DNA of 64,000 nucleotides from assembly GCA_000182565.2 (NCBI GenBank), contig KQ257458.1. One strand, given 5' to 3'. A program made the translations under genes and the position numbers. Origin of the DNA: Spizellomyces punctatus DAOM BR117 (taxonomy: Eukaryota). Positions within the stretch are counted from its first letter, which is position 1, and the number at the start of each line of letters is the position of its first letter. The notes under the pieces are model-generated. The model was not told where the DNA came from. It made no database searches and was given only the letters and a program-made list of their open reading frames with translations. Of the stretch, positions 38,923 through 50,276 are shown one piece after another.

Positions 38923-40709
38923 ATTGAAGTTTATACAAGGACGGCAAAATGGATTTGATCACAATGCTGGGGTAGTGGGTAAGGAAGAAGGGGGAATGAC
39001 TCGCTCACCCATCTTTTTATGCTGCGTAAAGTTCCTCCCCCGGGACAAATGGTACGCAAGAATCTTCCGAATGATACATCCCCCCCCCCATGCCCAAGGA
39101 TCCCTCAATCCCCCAAAAGTGCGCTACACATCATTCCCTCCCTTAACCCTCAAAAAACGTTACCGCGTGCTCTTTTTTTTTTTTTACCATAGTAAGATGC
39201 TGACGAAGGTTGTTTTGGATGATCGTAAATCGACCGGGCCAGTATTCAACATTCCAGACACACATATTCCGTGCATCAAGTATCCTTAATCCGCGACATC
39301 CACGTACGCAACTCGTTTGATTCATCTCGACCCTCACGAACCCCTCTTTTAATACATGTCGCGCAACTTGCGTTTACCATAGGAGGCAAGCTGACGAGAT
39401 CTTTTGGGGGATTATGGGAGACTTTCAAGGTTTTGTTTTTGGTGTCTCTTTTTGTTTTGTTTTCTTTGTTCTATCAACGTTATGTGTCGCGGTCGCGGTC
39501 TGGTGAACAGATGGCGTAGATGTGCGTGTAGGGATGAACGAATATTATTGGATATGTTTCTTTTACAGTGTCTTTTTTGTTTGGACGAGATATCATGATG
39601 CAATAAACTGGCGTAAAAAAGTGGTCATGGAAAGAAGCGACAGATCTACGTGTGGCTGGGTGATCTACATGTAGGCAAACTGTCAGATCTGAACCTTGCA
39701 AAACATTAGATCCCGCCACATTGGGAAGGTGCATAGTGATTCAAGATAATCCAATTAATCGTACTCAATGTGTCGAGTCGCTGGGTAATACCTTTCAATG
39801 CAGGAAAATGTACATAGGTCCAATTACCCGTCGACAATGCACTCTGATGCAGATGGGTGCATGATCGCCAATGTGACTTGCCATGCCATGCATGAAATAT
39901 TAGTTCAGGTAAGGAGGCCACACTGAAGGTCCCTTTAATCATTAAGTCAGGTTCCTCCAATATATGTCAAATGTCACTGACGACTGAGATGGCTGTCAAG
40001 TTTTGCGTACATTGCCATGGTAGCATAAACACATATTGTAATAGTTGTTTGCTAGGAGTGGGATTTGGAGATGTGAGCGGGCGTGTGTAATCTAGTTAAT
40101 TTGAATAACGCTTCGGTTGAGTATGGCAGCTGTCTGGCGTACTGTCACCATTTGGCATTTTTGATGCATGTCCTTTTTCGTTACCAGACTGGTAAGTCTT
40201 TTCGTTCCATTTGTTTTTTTAAAATTTGTTTCCATTTACCTGATTATTGCTTTGAGCGGCACTCAACTCCTCGCAACATGCCTCTTTCTTTTGGAGTTAT
40301 GTTTTCTTTGGTAAGGATGAAGATCGGCCTGACCAGCGCAGCAAGACAAAGGAGTTGAAAGGGTTGTATTTTGTTCTTGGCATGCCAATGCTACATTTTC
40401 TCTGTGAATTCCGTCAGCAGTATGCCGAAAGGTACCTACCCAATACTCTAAACGTCAGGCTATCATGATGCTCTCAACTCCCACCCGGCAGACACTTTAC
40501 CTCAACGCAAGAGAAAGGAGCAAACGATGTGCACGGCAGGGTTAAAATCCCATGTGGACAAACAGCAGACAAAACATCGAATTCCCAACACTGTCAACAA
40601 AAAAAAGCAAAATGTCAAGTATCACGATTATAAAAACCCTCGCTCTCATCTCCTCCCTGTCCACACCAACATCCGCAACTTTTCTCTCGATCAAACGCCC
40701 AGCCCGAAA

Positions 40710-42022
40710 ATGCGCACCATCATTCTTTTTCTCCTCACTCTCTTTGCGACGGTCTCCAAAGCTCAAAACTGCGGGAACACGCAACATGAATTCGAGCTCT
40801 GCGCTAATGCGACTGTTCCATTGGGACATGGCGATCCAGTCGATCAGTGTAGTGGGTTGATTACGGGACAGCCGTATTATTCAAGGTGTTTGTGTGGTGC
40901 TTACAAGGTCCTTGTTTCGGTAAGTTTTCTGAACCGAATTTGCTTGTTTGTTACATGTTAAGGAACTTTCAATTGAGCTTTTGTCACTTGGTTAATCTCA
41001 CTCTTGTTTTCTGATAGTGCTATGCGGCGTTCTGTGCCCATGATGCTGGATACGGTTCGACCATGCAATCTCGCGATGTTCATTGTGCGGCCGCTCAGCT
41101 CTTTGAAAGCCCTGCTCCGTCTCCTTCGCCCATTGTTTTGCCGACTCCGACTCCGTCTCCGTCTCCATCTCCGTCTCCTTCCCCGTCTCCTTCCCCGTCG
41201 CCTTCCGCTGATCCTTCCCCCTCTCCTTCTCCTGCCGCTGACCCTTCCCCTTCGCCTTCGCCTTCAGCTGCCGCTGATCCTTCCCCCTCTCCTTCTCCTG
41301 CCGCTGACCCTTCCGCTTCCCCTTCACCTGCCGCTGACCCTTCCCCTTCCCCTTCACCTGCCGCTGACCCTTCTCCTTCCCCTTCTCCAGCTGCTGTCCC
41401 TTCCCCTTCCCCTTCACCTGCCGCTGATCCTGCACTCGCAGCGGATGTCGGGTTTGCAAATCTCATCGCACGAGCCGAGCCTGAAGACGTGGCAGCCGCG
41501 CCTGAAGATTTGGTGACAACTACGGAGATTCCGACCAAAACTGTAACGGTCACGGCTACAAAGTCCACTGTAACTGTCACGGTTCCCAAAACCACCAGCA
41601 CAGTAACGAAATCTACGGTAACTGTCACGGTCCCCAAAACTACCTCCACGCCGACAAAGACTGTAACCGCCACACATGGCGCCGCTGAACCCACCCCAAT
41701 CGTTGATCCCCTCCCCAATCCCAGCGTCCCCAGCATCCCCGAGATCCCCAGCCCCGGCTCTGAAGAACCGGTCGAAGAACCCAGCCCAAGCTTTGATCCC
41801 GTCCCCATTCCCATTATCCCCAGCCCCGGCAGCTTCCCCGGCTCCGGCAACATCCCCGACCTCCCGAACATTCCCGGCGTCCCCCACATTCCCCAACCTC
41901 CAGCTCCAAGCAGCCGTGTCCCCGGTTCCAACCTCTCCCTCTCGGCCGGAACGAAGGAAAAGGTTTTGTGGGGTGTCGTCCTAGGCTTGGTAGGCGTTGT
42001 AGTGATGGGCGTGGTAGCTTAG
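40710..42022 (+). CDS. Secreted GPI-type cell-surface protein: 8-Cys N-terminal domain plus Pro/Ser/Thr mucin-like stalk; 2 exons
   Basis: Signal peptide MRTIILFLLTLFATVSKA, eight Cys across intron 40920-41017, AADPSPSPSP repeats, TVTVT repeats, hydrophobic C-terminus. Confidence 0.85.
41140..41430 (+). repeat. Coding tandem repeat of about 30 bp (AADPSPSPSP)n plus (SP)n
   Basis: gccgctga(c/t)ccttccccttccccttc-type units, about 7-8 copies. Confidence 0.9.
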
Positions 42023-44486
42023 GTATATACGATAGTATCTGATTGGAGATGTGAATATGTGGTATATGTGGACATTTAAAAATGTGTACATCTATTGTGT
42101 TTTTAGTGTTCGGTTGATCCGAATTGAAAATATAGGTTTTTTTACCCGTTTGAGCCCAATGTCTCTCTCTAGTCTGTATCATTCCATTTTAAATGGTGGG
42201 TTGAGGAAATAGGATGAATTGCGCGAAGAGGATTACATTGGCAGAGGACTCCTGTGTGAGCGTAATAGGCCACTCTCTCCAAAATCACATCTTGATACAG
42301 TCACCATTAATTGTTATCAGGGAACGTTGTTCAGAGATAATGAATGGCGTGCAGAAATGGCTTGCGATTTCTTTTCCACTTTGATTCGCTTGGGCTTGAT
42401 CTTTCAATGGGATCGTTCTTGTGGGGGAAACCGAGTTTGGATCTTCCGCACTTTGCAAGATTTCACTTATGATGCCGGATGTTTGGGAGACTACGAAGAA
42501 CAACCAAAGGAAAAAGCAAGACGTATAGGCAGAGAGGCATGCTAACTTCCCTCAGAAACTGGAACGTTTTCTCCGGTAGATACCGGAACGACTATAAGCA
42601 TCGAGCGTTTGCCCCTCAACGACTCTTCACTAGGTCCGCAAAGCCTCTATTGGCATTTTTTGTTCTTTTGAAATCCTTTGTGACCCTCGATCATCTTCTT
42701 TCCTTTAAAAATCATACTCCCCAATCGTCTGCGTTGGAACAGGATGAAGCGAACAGTCGAATCACCTACGGTGGAGAATAATCGGAACCCGATATTACGG
42801 GCCACTCGGCTTTTAATAGGTTATGTAAAGGAGAAGAGATATTGCTGTAGTAAGTACAAAGACGGACTCAGGCGCCAAGCGAATCGGACACACATATTCC
42901 AATATTTGTTGGATGGACTGTTTCTGCTTGCCATCGTTCATGATTATGGCGACATCGCTAATGATGCAGTCCGTAAGGAGTCGATCCAATGAAACATCGC
43001 CATCAAAAAATTCAAACCTGAGAAAAGACGCATGGGGCAATAACGATGCTGCCGTATTTAGTAGTTGCATGGATGACGTCCCTTGTCCTTATAGGTTATT
43101 GATACTGGAGACATATTGAGCTACACTCAGAAGTTTTTTCAAAATTAGTGCACAGGAGAGAGTACGTGGAGTAGTGAGACGTCCATCCTTGGCAGGGCCA
43201 CAATACCTACAGAGGAATAGCCCAAACATCCGTCCATAGAAGGGTCATCGAGCAATATTCTGGCAGATGTGGTAGGTGTACCCCTCGGGAAGCAGTTAAT
43301 CGCACCAATTTGGCAGCACTGGTCCGCATATCACGTTTATTTCAGGAAAACGAACTCCTGCTTGCATTTACATTTCCGATGATAGCTTTGCAAAATCTAC
43401 GATTGGGAGATTACTTACGAATGAAGACGGCACATGCATACTGAATCAGCGTCGGAACGGTCTTGTTTTTGAAATCAGAAGGAGGTCATCGCGGAGCATG
43501 TACTGACCACCTCCCAGCAGGGAAAGAAATTGAGGTGGGATGATTGCTCGTAGTGTCAACGTTGATCAAATCCCGTTGTCAACAGCGCCCATATATACCG
43601 AGGATGGAAAGCACAGATAATTCCGCAGCCAAAGTGATACCCATTCTTTGGTTATTTAGCCGAAAATGTTTTAATTAATCTGTAGGGATAAGTAAACAAA
43701 TGGGGGGAGACAAATTAATTAACCCCCAAGAATGCGAGACACATATGCAGGTGCATAGACGTGCCACGATACAGTAGTTGCGATCCAAGGCGAGAAAAGG
43801 AGACCACTCCATTAACGAAGAGATCAGTGAGACATTTCAAAAGAGACCGTCTACAGCTTGACGGCTTCGCTCACGCTTCCTACCGAAGGGTTGGACTGTA
43901 CGCTTGATAGGCTTTGATAATCTGTAAAAACACACACATTGCATCATTACGCTCTAGGTTAAATCTTGAGTAGAGTTTCGCGGGGCTATTCTTCGTGGCT
44001 TCGGGAGCCGCCATAAGCTGGTCGTCCGGAATCATCAGCATGCACTGTAACTTTGAAATACATGGCTTGGCGGTTGGTCTATAACTATCTTGGCAATTTC
44101 GTTCAATAAGCTCTGGGCAAGGCTTTAGTAGGATAACAACATCGAAGCGACCTGCAGCACTTTGCTAAACTCGCCGAAACCTGCTAAGCGCGGTGCAAGG
44201 CTTCCACTGTCTTTAAATAATTTGACGATAGTAGTTACGTACATTTACGGTCATCTAATTCCTTAAGCACTCCATGCATAATTAATTGCCCTGGAGTACC
44301 GACTGACATCTAGTCTCTGAACTGCACTCCTATCATTATGCCCTGCAAACAGACCAGAATGACTTTGAGCTTGGCTGCTGATTGCCCATTTCAAGGTACC
44401 TGAAAGGCACCTATCATACGCTGACAAGTCTTTAATCTCTGTTCGATAATAGGTGCACATACAGGCTAATTCGACCGAGCCTGGAA

Positions 44487-45095
44487 TCACTGTTTCGCAA
44501 CCGGTGATAGACCAACCTCATCCTTCTCATCGCTGGCGCACTGATCCGCACGTACACATGATTTGGCCTGTACATATCCCTGGCAACAGTCATCCCACAG
44601 CTGCTTGCAAAGCTCCTTGTACTTGAACCAATTAGCCATTGCACCAACAATCGTAAATGAGCCAGACCACAAATTGAGTGTCCGTGATACTTGATCGTCA
44701 TCGAGTTCCATGTCTTTTTGCAAATACAGCAACGGTATGGCCGCACTTGCACCCAATACAAAAGCTGTCAACCATTTTGAACCCAACCGCTGATCGACAT
44801 CCAATTTCGCGCTCCGCATAAAGAAACATTTGAGGAGGATGATCCAGCCCAACAGGCCGAAAGCGAATTCAAAGAGAAGGGGAATGCGTTTCGTCCAGTA
44901 GGAATCGGGGAAGCACCAGAACACTAGATGGCATAGGCCGCGAAATATCACAGCGTGTGTAAACCAAAGGTCTGCGTAGAGGGGCCAAGTCGATTGTTCC
45001 GTTGGATCACTTGCGGCCCGCACTGCGGCGGGGGACGCCGTAGGCTTTGAAGGAGAGAGTGCTTCCGGTGAGGGTTTCTGAGACATCGAGGACAT
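44487..45095 (-). CDS. Hypothetical 4-TM membrane protein
   Basis: 202-aa ATG ORF with about four hydrophobic helices; TTAAAT TATA-like site about 45 bp upstream. Confidence 0.55.
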   Translation of the reverse strand: MSSMSQKPSPEALSPSKPTASPAAVRAASDPTEQSTWPLYADLWFTHAVIFRGLCHLVFWCFPDSYWTKRIPLLFEFAFGLLGWIILLKCFFMRSAKLDVDQRLGSKWLTAFVLGASAAIPLLYLQKDMELDDDQVSRTLNLWSGSFTIVGAMANWFKYKELCKQLWDDCCQGYVQAKSCVRADQCASDEKDEVGLSPVAKQ

Positions 45096-46307
45096 TTTCT
45101 ATGCGGACTACAAGTGAGCTGTTCATATGAACGCTTGTAATTTAAGGGACGATGCGCTGCTTTCAACAACTTACCGAGGTAAACCTGACAATAGATTTAA
45201 TTTAAAATGGGAGACTTTTGGCGCCAAGGGATCGCTTTTTTTCTATGAGGCTGTGCATATCCCGTGACTTTGCTTATAAAGAGTTGCTCACGTAAGCCGT
45301 GGCTGTAACCCATTATTATATTTTCATTTTAAGAATGTGAAAAGGTTTGGACAGCAGCGTTGGAGGAAAGATGACAATGGGCGAGGACAAGCAGAGAGTT
45401 GAATTAGGGGGAATATAGCCAAAAAAATGAGGTTTTCGACAATAAATATTGGGAAAAGATCACAGCCTCCTCTTTTGCGCTGCCCACAGCGATTCTTTGA
45501 CCTCTGAGCTTCTTTACTTTTTATTGGTTATGGATACTAGTGGCAATTTCACCGTTTTTCTTTCTTATCATCCTCGGCCCCTTTCACCGTCTTCCTCCTC
45601 ATCACCTCCCACATATCCAAGAATCCCAACCACTCTCCCCGCAACACACCCAGAGCCCACCCAAGAGGAACGAGAGCCGTTGCAGCCAACCCCATGCGAA
45701 ACAAGAAAATTGCAAACATTGTTTCTATTATGGAGGAAATAATTGGTTTGATGTGAGAAAAAAGAAAAAGGCCAGGAAACTGACAAGAAATGAGGAAGAA
45801 TGAACGAAAGCACCAGAGATAGAGAGAGCGAGAGAAGCAGTGAGAGAAGAAAAATGGAGTGAGAGAAAAAGAACGAAATATGTGTGTTTTTGTAAGAGTG
45901 TGTGCGCCAAAAATAGTGCGTTCATCTTATATCTTACAAAAGAATAGAATAACTTGGCGTGACCTGAAAAACACATGACCGTGATGCATGTCAGCGTTCG
46001 GCAACCGAGCTTCCATGGTAATAATGACTCTTAATGTTTAGAGAATGTATAATAGTCCCAATAATCTTATGGTGATCTCCTTCACATCTCATCCGTTTCA
46101 TGACATTGCACCCTCTACGTCCTTCCATCCTGTGCGTCACTTTTGCATGCCGTGCTGAATATCTTCAAAGCTTCTAAAGGCCTGGTGCGGTGCCGATAAT
46201 CATTTGAGTGATGGAAATCTAAAGGTTGTTCCCCAACATGTCTTGTCAAATCGTTGTCAGGAATGTCTGATGTGATCGGTATTATTTGCTGTCAAATTAA
46301 AAAATTA

Positions 46308-46362
46308 AGTTCCCGCCTGCTGCAGTTCCCTAGAGACCTGGGTTCGACTCTCGGCCAAAGCA
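46308..46362 (+). pseudogene. 5'-truncated tRNA-derived fragment (tRNA-Gly-like 3' half)
   Basis: ttcccgcctgc...gacctgggttcgactctcggccaaagca: T-arm/B-box GGTTCGACTC and an acceptor-side ggccaa(a)gca resembling eukaryotic tRNA-Gly(GCC), followed by TTTTT at 46376-46380; no 5' acceptor stem or D-arm. Confidence 0.5.
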
Positions 46363-46563
46363 CACATCATTCTGCTTTTTGTCAATGGGGTGAATGAGTA
46401 TTGCCTTTTCTGGACAGCCACAACGTGATTTACATCCAGATCTCTTGGCAGATTTCCTTTTCGCTATCGGTTTGCTCTTCAACCTTTGGTGTGGAAGAGT
46501 AGTTGGCTGTATCCCGTCTTTCGCTCATCCACACCCAGGTTGAGATAGACGCTCGAGCCCAAC

Positions 46564-47358
46564 ATGGCGGGTGCAAACCAAGCTATCGTTCAGCGCCGCC
46601 TAGTCGTACTGGGTATAGGTATCCTCTTTCTTATTCTTGGTCGCAAGATATACACTCGCCCTCGTCTCCTCGCTTTCGCTCTCCTACTCTTCAACATTCG
46701 CTCCTTGCCCTTTGCACACCATCTCCGCCTCTCCAAGCATATCGTTCAAGCCGGTCTCCGTCGTCGATGGAGACCTGCAGCCACTATCTGGGCACCGCAA
46801 TATTTGACTTACCGTGTCTGGCCTGACGATATGGACTGGAACTTGCACATGAATAATAGCACTTATAACAAGCATTTAGATTATGCGCGAACAGATTGGG
46901 CCATTGCAATTTTGGGATTGGATTTCAATAGAAAAGTCATGATCATGGTAGGGGGCGTTCAGTCGTTCTTTATGCGGGAATTGGGGCCATTACAGAAGTA
47001 TGCTATTGAGTCTACATTACTGGGCTATGATGAGTATGTTGTTGTCCCTGCTATACCACTTGATCTGAAAACAAATATTCAGACTGCTTTTGATCTCTTT
47101 AGGAAATGGATATACGTTCAACATCGCTTCATTAGCACCACGCCTCACAAGCCATCAACCGTACACTGCATTGCCATATCCAAATTGGTTCTGAAGGAAC
47201 CCAACGGCAAGACCCTCCCTTTCGGGCAAGCCCTCCACATAATCGGCTGTGCAGAGGCGATGTCGCCCCACAACGAAGAAAGAAGACTGAGGGGGATGGC
47301 AATAATGAGAGGCTTTGTTGATGGTGAACAGATGCTGTTGTTAGAAGGACGTTTGTGA
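46564..47358 (+). CDS. Hot-dog-fold thioesterase (4HBT-like/THEM6 family); likely intron 47034-47102
   Basis: RVWPDDMDWNLHMNNSTY..LDYAR, F.REL.PLQKY.I.S.LLGYDE|KWIYVQHRF. Confidence 0.85.
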   Translation: MAGANQAIVQRRLVVLGIGILFLILGRKIYTRPRLLAFALLLFNIRSLPFAHHLRLSKHIVQAGLRRRWRPAATIWAPQYLTYRVWPDDMDWNLHMNNSTYNKHLDYARTDWAIAILGLDFNRKVMIMVGGVQSFFMRELGPLQKYAIESTLLGYDEYVVVPAIPLDLKTNIQTAFDLFRKWIYVQHRFISTTPHKPSTVHCIAISKLVLKEPNGKTLPFGQALHIIGCAEAMSPHNEERRLRGMAIMRGFVDGEQMLLLEGRL

Positions 47359-47602
47359 CCCGATGGTAGTATAGAAGGTCAGTATAGAATGTCTATGAGG
47401 GCATTGGCTGGCTATTAGGAGAATAGAGAACGTATTTAGATCCGATAGGTAGAATCTGGACGATATGGCTTCTGGTGGACTCGACATGGAAGATTCATCT
47501 TTAACACAAGGCCTCACTAATATCGAGGTAGATATTTGACGACAGATACATGTAACTAATGCCAAAATAACCCCATATCCACTGTAAGTCGCTAATGAAC
47601 GC

Positions 47603-49627
47603 TCAAATCTCTATTTTCTCAGATTTCTGAATCAATGACGTGTTCTCTCCATATGGATCTTCTTCTTTCTCCTTGCCCTTACTTTTACGTGCCGTTTTCT
47701 CCTCCTTTACCTGCCCCATCTCATGAGACTCCCCGGTAGGGGCACCACCCTGTCTTGCAGCTTCAACCACTGACGCTGCAGACGCCCGTAACTCTGACTG
47801 GAGGTCCAACCGCTGCTTCCGTCGGTAAAGGAAGACAACCAAGGCAGTTACACCGACGACCAAGAATAACCCCGCAAGTTGTGTTCCAACCTTTTGAGGA
47901 ATGATTTTGCCTGGTCGACCAATGACGCCAGGGTCCAGTATAATGCTGTAATCTCTAGGTGGGAGATCCAGCTGTGTCCGGAGTGACTTGTCGAGGTTTT
48001 CCAGTCCAGTGATGATATATGTGTTGCCATCCAAAAGATTCAATAGGAATTTTTGGAAAGTAAGAGAGATGTTGGGGTATTTGGCCCCAGTTTGGGGAAT
48101 CGGACGACGGGCCAAGTTGACTTGCGAATAAATAAGACAAAGAGACACATCGCGAACAGAGCCATACGCTTGGCAAATCTGACGGTCAAGGAGGAATTGA
48201 GGGAACGTCCCCACCATCCTTGTACCGACTTTCAAAATCTTTTGCTTCTGGTATTCTGCGCTTGTTAACCATTCGACGGTTCGTAGCGCGGCGGCAGGAT
48301 TTTTGGAATGGCGATAAACACCCGTAAACCATCCGTCAATGGTCCCAACCCCTAACCCGTTCTCAAGCTGAGAAGGCACAGGTGCCACACCCCATCCGAA
48401 CCATGCAGATTCCAACGTGTTCATAATTTGAGGTAGCATCGAGGTCGTGGTGCGGAGAAAAATGGCATTCCCGTTGGTAAACCGCGCAATGGCTGCGTCC
48501 ATATCAGCTGTGCCTACATCAGCTTGGTCAAGGATACCGCTTTGGAGCCAATTGATAACACTTGCGAAAAGGCCAGCAACAGGTGTAGTCGCGATAGTGA
48601 CATCTCCTGTGTCGTTGACAAGTGCGGCACCGATGCCAGCTAACCATTCTGTAGCCATAGACGCCAGTGGTTCGCCTATGTATGACGGGCATAGCCTTAT
48701 GAGTACCAAATGAACAGATTATATGTGACAACGTCGAAGCTTACCAAACATGGCTCCAGTCAAACCGCACAGTGCTTGATGTTCCATCACCTTCTCTCCA
48801 ATGAGGATCTGTGCGGCCATTTCCTCCATTTCTGCGACAGAAGCAGGTGGGGAGTAATAGTTATAGCGAGTAAGCAGGTCCATGTTGTAGAGAAGTATTC
48901 CAAAAGAAAGCTCAGCAGGAAGGGCGACTGTGGTCATAACATTTCCAAGAATTCGTTAACAGGTGTTAACGCTTAATACGGAAGTTAACACCTACCCAGA
49001 CGATCCTTGATGACTCCACCCCTTGCAACCGCCCCAATATGATCCGATCCAAGAGTATCACTCCATGCCCACACATCAATCAAACAATCCGCCAACACTC
49101 CCACATAACTTGCTTCAACCCAAATTACATCAAAATCATCCTCCCCACTCGCACAAGCCTGGATAACACGCTGCACATACGCATCATAGTCAACATCCGG
49201 ACCAAAATCCTTCCAATGAACGGAAACATTATTGGCTTCCCCCCATGCCTGCTGGGCTAGTTTCAAATCTGGTGCATATGAATTATGGGCACGGTCATAC
49301 GGCATAAGCACTGTCACATTTCCCTGAGCAACCGCGGCATAGTTTGGGTTAGCAGAACTGCTGTCGTTGCGTGGGAGCCCCGATGGATAGTTGGTTCGAT
49401 TACCGGGATAAGGGCGAAGGGGTCTCGTCGTGGTTGTGAGAGACGAACGGGGACTGATGGGAGCGGGGGTAGCTAGTGACAACGACATTAGCTTCTTTGC
49501 TTTCTCAAGATGAGCATGCTATGATGGTAAGACTATTTGTACCTTGACTCGCTCCACCAAAGAGAGCATGAACGCTGAATGCCACCGCGGCAACTGCTTT
49601 CGCAGCTGCCCAGATTCTTCCCGGCAT
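47603..49627 (-). CDS. Type I membrane protein with bacterial-type extracellular solute (sugar)-binding domain; 4 exons
   Basis: Signal peptide; FDVIWVE, G|VALP...GILLYNMDLL.RY....PAS..EM, F.NGNAIF, GVAPVP, IDGWFTGVYRHSKNPAAA..VEWLTS.EYQK (SBP family 1 pattern); single TM then RRK tail; introns 49473-49542, 48928-48995, 48676-48744. Confidence 0.8.
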
Positions 49628-50276
49628 TTCTCAAATACGTTTAAACTCTACCCTGGTCAATAAAGGTATACGAAATGGACCCTGTTGTTTTGGAACGTCC
49701 TCTTAAGAACTCTGTAGAGAAAAAAGAACCAGATAGGTAAACAGATAATCTCCGATCCAGTACGAAGGATTACGTGATCTCGCGAGAACCACGTGACTCT
49801 CTTCACTTTCGACCATTAACGTTATCTGCAGTGCCAAGCATATTCCCATATTATGAATTTCGGCAGAGAAGACGAGGGTCAATAAAAGCTGTTTCTCAGC
49901 AGTCGTTTCCTCTCAGCGTGAGTAGGGTGAGAGACCAGGTCATGCCCTTTGCCCTTTCATGCTTTTGCTTCGTGTGCCTCTCGATTCATGTGTCCATCTT
50001 AAAATAAAACACATGAGCTCAGCATGTAATTCCCAAAAACTTTTCTTCCATTAATTAATGTCCGGAAAACAGCGCTGGCAGCGTCGACTTCAACGGTGCA
50101 TATTCCACGGCTCGTACATCCAACATGTTCTCGTCATCGGAGCCAAGCCACAGTGACCGCGTCTGAACTGACCCCATCGTCAATCTATGGCTTTTCGTTA
50201 CGGCAGCTGAAAACAAGCCCCAAGACGTCTTGAAGATCAGCACTTGCCAATTCCATTACACGCCCAAGCGCTAAAG

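Noticed and set aside
40998-41931. Long alternative-frame and antisense ORFs (GEGEG, LPLLL, KGKG repeats)
   Set aside because: Shadows of the Pro/Ser repeat gene; low-complexity codons lack stops in other frames
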